From positions 1 to 24,813 of the forward strand of contig DATLNN010000072.1 in assembly GCA_035536695.1 (NCBI GenBank): 24,813 bases of DNA, read 5' to 3'. The stretch's first letter is position 1; every line of letters begins with the position of its first letter. Of this stretch, positions 1 through 8,700 are shown in pieces. The notes beneath the pieces were generated by a model, which saw only the letters and a list, made by a program, of their open reading frames with translations, made no database searches and was not told where the DNA came from. This DNA comes from Pyrinomonadaceae bacterium (lineage in GTDB: Bacteria > Acidobacteriota > Blastocatellia > Pyrinomonadales > Pyrinomonadaceae). The position numbers were made by a program, and so were the translations under genes.

Positions 1-500
1 CCGGCGAGCCGCAGCCCGATAGCATCGGGAGAACCATTTTGGATCAGATCCGTGTTAGTCGTCAGATCCAGGTCGCAATTCGTGACGGTCCCTCCACAGA
101 CCACATAGTAGTCGCCCGCCGCCAGGTTGATGTTGGGCAAGTCGATTGTGCGATAGATCACCGCACCGCCAGAATCTCCATTGACCAACACAACGTCATA
201 AAGGTCGAGGTTGATCGAGCTGGCGCTCACGTTCTTGATCTCGATAAATTCGGCGTGGTCGGTACTGACTTGATCATAGTCAATTTCGTTGATCACCAAC
301 GTGATCGACACTGCTACGTCCATTTGTCCCGACAGGGCGCTGGCCGCTCCGAGGCCGAAGAAAGCCTTGACCGAGTCCGCAAATGGAAATCCCGCCGCGC
401 TCGTACCGGCCGATGCTAAAACGAAAAAGACAACGCCGACTAGAGTGACGATCAAAAAACGGGTTGCTGCGATGTGAAACGAATTATGGCTACTGGACAT
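1..500 (-). CDS. Secreted lamin-tail-domain (LTD) protein; the 3' part runs off the window edge. Not in the ORF track.
   Basis: Manual translation from ATG at 500: MSSSHNSFHIAATRFLIVTLVGVVFFVLASAGTSAAGFPFADSVKAFFG...LVINEIDYDQVSTDHAEFIEIKNVSASSINLDLYDVVLVNGDSGG...NLAAGDYYVVCGG...DLIQNGSPDAIGL. The frame is open to position 1. RBS-like AGAGGA lies upstream. INEIDYD..AEFIEIKN..LAAGDYYVV..QNGSPDAIGL is LTD-like. Confidence 0.85.
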   Translation of the reverse strand, partial: MSSSHNSFHIAATRFLIVTLVGVVFFVLASAGTSAAGFPFADSVKAFFGLGAASALSGQMDVAVSITLVINEIDYDQVSTDHAEFIEIKNVSASSINLDLYDVVLVNGDSGGAVIYRTIDLPNINLAAGDYYVVCGGTVTNCDLDLTTNTDLIQNGSPDAIGLRLA

Positions 501-604
501 GGACGATCCTCTTCTCAACTTTGTGGGCAGCAAAGGCATGGAAGTCGAGGGATTCGACGGTTCACACGTCTTCGCCCGAAGTAGCTTTTCTAACTAATGG
601 TTCG

Positions 605-634
605 ATTATAGGTTTTCTCTACTCGCTTTTGCAA
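605..634 (-). promoter_or_regulatory. Sigma70-type promoter for the LTD gene
   Basis: Minus strand TTGCAA (634-629), 18-nt spacer, TATAAT (610-605). Confidence 0.65.
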
Positions 635-719
635 AGCAATTTCTCGTACGGACGCGTTATTTCGCTGTCTCCAGAGAGATCGTGGGACAAAATGGCTGGG
701 CACTCGTCCATAGGCGCAG

Positions 720-753
720 AAATGGCCCCTCGCGGTGAGGCTAAGGGCCATTT
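720..753 (-). terminator. Possible intrinsic terminator after the 533-aa gene
   Basis: Perfect 9-bp inverted repeat AAATGGCCC (720-728) / GGGCCATTT (745-753), 27 nt past the stop codon. The U-tract is only short (UUUCU). Confidence 0.4.
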
Positions 754-780
754 GCATGCTTGTTCGACCGCCGCTAGGGA

Positions 781-2382
781 CTACTCCGGGTCGGCGACAA
801 AGTCAAGTTCCTGAATGCTATCCGTCAGCGTTACCAGACGAATAGCGTTTGAGAACGTGTGGCGTTTTGATGCCCTGAGCGAGACCAGATATGACTGGCC
901 GAGCTCGAGGTCGCTAACGCTGTAGTAGCCGAAGCTGCTGGTTACGACACGGACCGGCTCTACGAGCCCGGCGCCGCTGATCGTGATCGTTGCGTTCCGA
1001 ACCCCAAATCCGTTGGCGTCCGTCACGCGGCCGCTGATAGTGCCGCTGGCGGCCGTCGACGTCTCAACTGTCACGGAACCGTTGACGAAAAGCGTCATCA
1101 GCGCAACCGCATTGGCATCCGACACGCCGCGTGCGACCGGGGCGTCGCTCCAGGCGAGCGGGAGCGTGCGCGGGATCGGAAGCTGAGGCGGGACGCCGAA
1201 GCGGAGCCGCAGAACCTCGCGGAGGCCGGCCGTGATCGCCGTGGGACAAGACACAAGAAATCCGATGCTGCCGGTGGCAACCTGCGTTGCGTTCGTGGTG
1301 ATGCTACAGCCGACAGGCAAACCCGTGCCCAGAATCAGATCAGGATTCACATTTGTCCCGCCCGTAGCGTTAATGGTCAACTGTCCGACCGGGAAGGTTA
1401 TACTGCCGCTGATGTTCGTCTCGTTACCCTGCGCAACAAGCGTGACGGGGACGAGCGCCTGAAAGCCATTCGGCGCGACCACATTGCTGATGATCAAGGC
1501 ACGAACAGCAGGATCAGGTGTCGGCGTGGGCGTCGGTGTGGCAGTCGGCGTGGGTGTCGCCGTCGGCGTAGGAGTTGCCGTCGCAGTCGGCGTCGCAGTC
1601 GGTGTAGCGGTCGGCGTTGCCGTAGGCGTCGCTGTCGGAGTCGCTGTCGGCGTCGCAGTCGGTGTTGCGGTAGGCGTCGCCGTTGGTGTTGGGGTAGGTC
1701 CAACGCCTCCGAGGCTAATGCTGCCCGGGACCGTTTTCGGCGTTAGATCGTTTGCGGCCTGGGTCGTCGCGCTTATCTGGATGGGAGAGTTGGCAAACCC
1801 GACCGGGATAGTGCCGGTGGCGCCCGGCAATACGCGGAACCTGAACAGCAGAATGGTCTGTGTTCCCGCCGCGGGAGGAAACCCGAGAAAATCGAGGAGT
1901 ACCCCGATCCGGCCTTGCGCCACCTCACTGCCATTTACCGTCCTCGACGAGAACGGGAACGCACCGGGGCCCACCGTCACATCCGGGTTGGTATTCGTGC
2001 CGCTGACGCCACTAATGCTCAACCGGGTCTGATCGAATTGAAGACTGAAGGTCACCACCGTGATGTCGCCCGTGGAAATAAGCTCGACCGGGAACGATAC
2101 GTCAGTACCTGGGGCACCCGTGATGTTGCCGCCACGAAGCTGTAAGGCTCCCACACCGGTCTCGACCGACGGATCGCCCGGTGGCGTTGGGGCTGGGACC
2201 GCCAGGACCTCGCCGGCGGCGGAACTGGGCGCGACGCCCCAAAATTGACTCACGGATTGCATGAACGAGGCCGCGGACACACTGGCCCCGACAGATGCAA
2301 GCGTGAAAAGGGTAAAGCCAAGAAAGGCCACCAGACAGAATCTGAATGCTGTCTTGCGAAATAAAGATCGACCGTTGAACAT
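781..2382 (-). CDS. Secreted two-cohesin 'mini-scaffoldin': signal peptide, cohesin-like, Pro/Thr linker, cohesin-like, C-terminal carboxypeptidase-regulatory-like (Ig-like) domain
   Basis: 533-aa ORF with ATG and GAGGAGG RBS. Hydrophobic leader. Cohesin-like segments aa ~79-224 (VSFPVELIS..FSLQFDQTRL..GRIGVLLD..GTQTILLFRFRV..PVGFANSP) and ~293-440. (PTAT)n linker aa 229-290. C-terminal TAA..ISGRVTDANG..TSSFGYY..SKR..F. Confidence 0.85.
   Translation of the reverse strand: MFNGRSLFRKTAFRFCLVAFLGFTLFTLASVGASVSAASFMQSVSQFWGVAPSSAAGEVLAVPAPTPPGDPSVETGVGALQLRGGNITGAPGTDVSFPVELISTGDITVVTFSLQFDQTRLSISGVSGTNTNPDVTVGPGAFPFSSRTVNGSEVAQGRIGVLLDFLGFPPAAGTQTILLFRFRVLPGATGTIPVGFANSPIQISATTQAANDLTPKTVPGSISLGGVGPTPTPTATPTATPTATPTATPTATPTATPTATPTATPTATATPTPTATPTPTATPTPTPTPDPAVRALIISNVVAPNGFQALVPVTLVAQGNETNISGSITFPVGQLTINATGGTNVNPDLILGTGLPVGCSITTNATQVATGSIGFLVSCPTAITAGLREVLRLRFGVPPQLPIPRTLPLAWSDAPVARGVSDANAVALMTLFVNGSVTVETSTAASGTISGRVTDANGFGVRNATITISGAGLVEPVRVVTSSFGYYSVSDLELGQSYLVSLRASKRHTFSNAIRLVTLTDSIQELDFVADPE
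1513..1698 (-). repeat. Coding tandem repeat: 62-aa Pro/Thr/Ala linker including 9 consecutive PTAT units
   Basis: Translation PTPT(PTAT)9 AT PT PTAT PT PTAT PTPTPTPD, made of degenerate 12-nt units. Confidence 0.95.
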
Positions 2383-2486
2383 GAATGAAAATCCCTCCTC
2401 ACCAAAGTTGCGTAACGAAACCTAAATCGCGAAGTAAAAAACTCTATGCTTCGGACAATTATTTATCAGAGCGTTGAAAGGCTTTC

Positions 2487-2514
2487 ATTATAGCGCTTCC
2501 ACAGGCTTTTGCAA
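2487..2514 (-). promoter_or_regulatory. Sigma70-type promoter for the 533-aa gene
   Basis: Minus strand TTGCAA (2514-2509), 16-nt spacer, TATAAT (2492-2487). It lies downstream of the terminator of the upstream gene. Confidence 0.7.
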
Positions 2515-2659
2515 ACGGGAAAAATCGCACGGCAGGATTTTTCTCTTTATGGGGCGAAGTCGACGGGCGGCGGCTCAAGTGTAGGACTGAGATCGGGGTA
2601 AGGCATTCGACGGCTCAGAGAGGGTCCGGTTTGGAGGGGCACTTGAGCACCAGTGCCAT

Positions 2660-2696
2660 AAAAAGAAAAAACCCTTGCCGTTCGCGGCAAGGGTTT
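2660..2696 (-). terminator. Intrinsic terminator of the 2410-aa gene
   Basis: Perfect 12-bp stem AAACCCTTGCCG (2669-2680) / CGGCAAGGGTTT (2685-2696) with a 4-nt loop, followed on the minus strand by a long U-rich tract. Confidence 0.9.
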
Positions 2697-2752
2697 ATTC
2701 TAATTCCGTGAAATGAACCGCCGATAGGCGATCGTTTCATGGTCCTATCGAA

Positions 2753-5700
2753 CTACTGTTCGGCCGTGAAATTGACTGCCTGAGCACTGTCGGTCAGCGT
2801 AACCAAGCGCGTGGCGTTCGAGAACTGATAACGCTTTGAGGCCCTGAGCGAAACAAGGTACGTCTCGCCTATGTCGAGGCCCTCGACGTTAAAGTAACCG
2901 AGACTGCTGGTCGTAACCTGGACGGGTTCCGCGAGGCCAACACCCGATATGGTGATGATGGCGTTACGAATTCCCATTCCGTTTGCATCGGTTACGAGTC
3001 CGCTGATCGCGCCTCTGGCTGCCGTACCGATGTCAATGTTGACAGCTCCGTTGACAAAGGTCGTCGTCAAGGCAACAGCAGCTGCATCCGTAACGCCCTG
3101 AGCAACCGGTGTGTTAACCCAGGTGATCGGGACACTTCGCGGAACAGGAGCGCCGGCCGGAACGCCGAAGCGAAGCCGGATAACTTCCCTGTTTCCTGCC
3201 GTAAAGGCCGTCGGACACGCGATCAGGAAGCCGAGGCGGCCCTGGGCCACCTCAGTTCCATTTGTTGTGATCGTGCAGCCCGCGGGAAGGCCGCTGCCAG
3301 CCAGAACGTCAGGGTTCGTACCCGTACCCGAGACGTTGCTGATGGTCAACGAGCCAACCGCGAACGAGACGCTGCCGCTGATGCCCGTTTCGTTACCCTG
3401 CGATGCAAGTACGATCGGGACGATCGCCTGACCGCCGTTAGCGGCGGTCGTTTTGACGATTGTCACCGTACGTCCCGGGCCGCCCGGTCCGATAACTACA
3501 TTGACGTTATTCGGCGTGTACTTCGCAGTCAGAGCCTGTGCCTGAGCATTGGAAGTACTGCGGACGATCGGCTGATCGACAAACGTGACAGGGGTGAGCC
3601 CTGCCGGTGCCGTCGGCAGGATGCGGAACCTGAAGACCGCGACCTGTCGGACGCCGGCCGTGACCGGACCCTGGAAGTCGAGCAGGACACCAACCTGGCC
3701 AGTACCAGCAGGAGCACCGGTACCGGTGACCTGGGTGGCGTTAACCGTTACCGAGGTCGCGGGGCTTACTCCGCTTCCGGCCGTTACAACGCCCGCGTTC
3801 ACGTTAGTGCCGCTGACAGCCGCAAGGCTCAGTCGGGTTCGATCAAACTGCAGACTGAAAGTCGTGACAGTTTCATCGCCCTGCGAGACGAGCTCGACAG
3901 CGTAGTCAACGAAGGTATCAGGGGCACCGCTCACAAGCACGCCGCGGAATTCGCGTCCGCCGCCTGTCTCGATAACGGCATCGTCATCGCCCTTCTCTTC
4001 CGACTTGTCGCTGCTGCGTTCCGCGATCTGAGCTCCGGGAATTGGAGCAGTCGGACCGCCGGCCGGACGGTCCGGATCGAGATTGGCAATGTAGTTGTCA
4101 ATCTGCTGTTGATCCGCAGCCGTCAGGCGTCCGTCGCCGAGAGTGCCCTCAGGTGCCGTGTCCGTACGCTGGAACTCGTTGAAGGTTCCGGGCAGTCCGG
4201 AGCCCGTGCACGGCGTGTCAAGACCGGCGATAAACCGCTTGAACTGAGCCGAGTCGGCTGCTGTATGCTGGCCATCGCCAGGTCCGCAAACGCCCGCCAC
4301 CGCACGGTTGATGTCGCCCTCGATACCCTGCGGTCCCGGAATGCCGTCGTCATTGATGATGGTACCTAGGCCGATGTTGTCAGTCGTCGGATCACCGGTC
4401 AAGAACGCAGCATTGGTTCCTCCCGTCAGTCGTAGCTGGAACGTCTCGTCGGTCTCCTGCAGCAGGTCGCCGCAAACCCTGATCGCGATCTCGCGGAACG
4501 TCTCGCCCGCCGTAAATGCAGCCGGGGAAGCCGAGAACACACCGGTCGTAAGCGGAGCACTGATGTAATCGATACCCGGGCCGCAAGCCGCACCACCGGT
4601 AGCCGCAACGCCCGTCGCGGCATTCTCGATCACGAAGTTCACGCTGCTCGAAAGGGTCGTGGCTCCTATCCTGTTGATCCGGAATACGAAATTGGTCGGA
4701 ACGTTAGGATCATTCCCTTCCTGACCGGTAACGTCATCCACGCGGAAGCTAATGGCATCGTCATTGACGATTGTTCCCGTGCCGACCGAACCCACCGTCG
4801 GGATCGTTCCCGGAACAGTGCTTGCGATCGTGACCGTGAATCTCTCGTTTGCTTCCTGAACCGTGTCGGCACAGATCGGAACCAGGATGTCACGGAAGTT
4901 CTGAACTCCGGCCATCGTGGGATCCTGATCGGAACCCGCAAAGAACGTCAGCGTTCCTGTTGAGCCGCCGGTCGCCGCGAACGGGGTCGTAAAGTCAGGA
5001 GAACTGCTGTTGATACCACCGCAGATCGTTCCACCCGTAGCATCCAGACCAGATTGCGGAGTATTGCTGTCCTGAACGGTGAAGGTGAAGGTCTGATCGA
5101 TCGCCGAGGTTCCGGTACCGGTGACGCGGAAGCGGAAGACGACCGGGTTCGCCGGATCGCTGCCCTCGTTCGCCGTCACGTTATCGATAGCGAAGGTCCT
5201 CGGACCGTCGTCGTTGAGGATCGTGCCGAGGCCCTGACCGTCACCGCCAAAGAGCGGATTCAGGCTGGCGATGGTATCGTCGGAGCCGGTGCCGGCGTTA
5301 ATGCCGACAGTCGTAATGTTGTCGATCTGCAGCGTAAACCGTTCATCGGTCTCATTCTGAAGATCGCCATTGACATCGACCGCCCGAGGCATAAGGACGC
5401 AGGTCTCTATGACGTTCAACGCCGGATCGCCCGTCGGGTTGGCCGGGAAGTTGAGCACGCGACCGACGACCGGCACATAATCATTGTCGGCGACCGTCGC
5501 GGTACCATCCACGGTTGAGACAGTAACCGTCTGTGCCCGTTCATGGCTGCCGGTTCGTCGGATGACGAAGTTGAAGCACGTCGTACCCGAATTGCCCTCC
5601 GCCAGCGTGACGTCGGACACCGTGAAGATAAACGGCCCATCATTGTCGTTGATCGTTCCGCCCAAAGTGGTGGCAGCGATCGTCGAGAGGGACGGGTTGC

Positions 5701-8700
5701 TTAACGTTACCCTCACCGTTTCAGAGGCCTCGTCTCTCACATCGCCGCAAACTACGACGCTAAAGGTTAGCTGGTCCACGCCTGGAGCGAAAGTGAGACG
5801 ATTCGCCGTTGCCGGGGCCGTGGGCGTTGGAATAATGAAGTCCGTGCCCGTCGTATCAGCGTTAACGCAGGTCGTACCGCCCGTAGCCGGAATCGTGTTA
5901 CTCGCCGCTGTCGTTCCTAGGTTGGCGCCTGCGACAACGAAGTCGACAGTTGACGTGACCTGTGCTCCGGCGGTCCTGTTTACTGTAAAGGTAAGGAGTG
6001 TGGTGGTACCCGTATCGGTTTCAGTCACCTTGGCGGCAGCACCAAACGCCAGCACGGGAGCATTGTCATCGTTGATGATAGTTCCCAAACCAGTGTCGCT
6101 GATATCGCCCTGAGCACCTGTGATCGAAATGAGTCTGACAGTAAAGGATTCATCAGGCTCGAACATCGTGTCGTGATAAACGATCACCGACAGCGTCTGG
6201 CTGGCGGGACCGCCCTGCACAAAGGTCAGGCAGTTGGCCGGTGACGGATCGAGATCGGTGTAGTCAGCATTCGGGGGAGTTCCCGGAGCCGTTCCCGGCG
6301 TTGCCGGATTGGCATTGCCCGGAGGGATCGTCGTGCCGGGTACCGTGTCGTAGCAAACCACCTGGGTTCCCTGTGCATCGCTCGATCGGGTAACAGTGAA
6401 GTTGAACGAGGTCGTGGCTCCCACAACGGACCCTTCGGCCTGGGCTACGTCGCTAACCGTAAACACGTTTGGCTGCTGAGCGTCCGTGATGGTTCCGACA
6501 CCCTGCCCGTCGCCGACGGTTGCGTTAGTAACACCTATAAGGTTGACGAGGAAGGTTTCGTTCCCTTCAAAGATCAGGTCGGCGGACGTGGGAACGGTAA
6601 AGGTTACGCTGGTCTGACCAGCCGGAATGGTAATGGGTATCAGCAAACCGCCCGGGCACGGCTGGCCTGTGTAGTCAACCCCCGCTGTCGCCGTGATATC
6701 CGTCGTGCAGAAGCTGAACGTTGTGTCTACGCCGGTCGCCAGCGGAGTTCCGGCGGCGCCTGCCTGGTTGACCTGTGAGACGGTAAACGTAATAGCGTTA
6801 CCCTCAACCGCCTGGCCATCGGAGATGTTCAGGACCGGGGCAGCGTCATCATTAAGAATGGTGTACGTTGCACGCGAAGGCACACCCAGGGTTCCACCGA
6901 CAGGATTAAAGAGAAACGCATCGAACACTTCGTTGGCTTCGAAATCCGTATCACCGCAAACAACGACCGTAAAGGTCATCGTCTGTGTCGTCGGGAAAGG
7001 GGCTGGGGGTACCGGAGTGGTCGGTACCGGGAACGTGAGAGTTATACCATCCGTAATATAGTCAACGCCGTTGACCAGGCCGCAGTTCGTGTTCTGCTGA
7101 CCGGGGATCGCCCGATTCAGCCTATTATCCAGCGGGTCAGTGGCCACAGAGATCGTGCCAGGCTGGCTGAGGTCTCCGGTTCGGGTAACGGTAAAGGTTG
7201 CTATCGAGCCGCCCATACTGGGACTCTGCGGCAGGTTGGCAAGATTATTCACATTCCCCTCATTGGCAGCCGGAGGCGTGGCGGCTATGGTGTATACCGT
7301 ATCGTCATTTGCGATCGTGCCGATTGCCGATGACGGAGCGCCAGTTATACCGGGCGTGTTCGTCACCGTGAGGATCACAGTCTCGCTCAGCTCGACGTTG
7401 GCGTCTGCCGTCGGATCGACGGTAACGGTAGCCGTGGTCGCATTGCCAACGAATGTGACAGTTCCCGTGCCCGGAACCGTACCGTTCGTGCCGGTAAAGC
7501 TGGTCGCGCCGCTCACGGTGTAATCCGGCGGGAAGTTGTCGTTGCACTGTCCTACAGGAGCGGCGGGGGCCACAGAGGCTCCGCAAGCCGTGCCGCCAAC
7601 ACTGAAGGTGACCACCTGGCCGGCCGTCAATGCGCCCGTTCGGGTGAATGTGTAAACGAGGTTGGTCACACCGTTTTCGTTAACCGTACCCGGAGCCACT
7701 GTCACGATGACATTAGTGTCGTCTTCGGTTATCGTGCCAGTAGCCGATGACGGCGCGCCGACCACGCTGGCCGTCCCCGCTCCAACCGTAAACGTAACGG
7801 TTTCATTGCCTTCCGTAAAGTCTGTATCGACCGTTGGATCGGCGATTACCTGAGCGGTTGTCGCCCCTGCTAAGAATGTGACAGAGCCGACCGTTCCCAC
7901 GCAGCTGGCGGCGGTAGCCCCGGTGCCTGCCGAGCAGATGTAATCCGTGCCCGGAATGGCCGAGCCACTGATCGTGAATGGAACCGTGATCGCACCGGCT
8001 CCCGCGTCCGGGCGACTAAAGGTAAAGACCAGGTTGCCAGCTCCATCCTCAGTGACTGAGAGGGGTGCAACAGTCACCGAAACAGGCGTATCTGCCGCGT
8101 CGGTGATGGTGATCGTCTGGACGGCCGGAGTGCCGATCGATCCCGTACCCGTGGTAGCGCCCAGATGAACCGTAAACGACTCAGTAGGCTCTACCACAGC
8201 GTCGTCGCATATCCCGATCGTGGTCGTGGCCGTGGTTTGGCCGGCTGCAAAAGCCACCGTTCGCGGGTTGGCGGCGCTGAAGCCAAGATAGTCAAATCCG
8301 ACTGTACAACCCGTGCCATCCGTACCGATCGCGGTACCGCTCGTGGTGAACACTTGCACCGTCGCCGGACCGGACGTATCGCCCGTGCGGGTCACTGTTA
8401 TCACAACTCCAGGGCCATCCGGAGGCGTTGGCGGGACGTTCCCCTCGGGCGTGGTCTGGGCTGCCGTCGAGAACTGGACTGTGCCAGCGCACGTGCCACT
8501 CACGCCGGCGTTAGCGATCGCTCCTACGTCAGCCGCCGTGATCGCGGAGTTGAAAAGCTGAAACTCGTCAATGATGCCCTGATAGAAAACAGCCGGTCCG
8601 GGGCTTCCATCGAGGCGAGCTCCGATATTCAGAGGATCATTAGTGTCAAGAGTGTCGGGGGCAGGATTTCCACCAATGTTGGTCGCGGGAAAGGCCACGC

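Noticed and set aside
39-814. + strand ORFs 39-419, 289-477 and 464-814
   Set aside because: They overlap the well-supported minus-strand LTD gene and its promoter, and have no recognisable domains.
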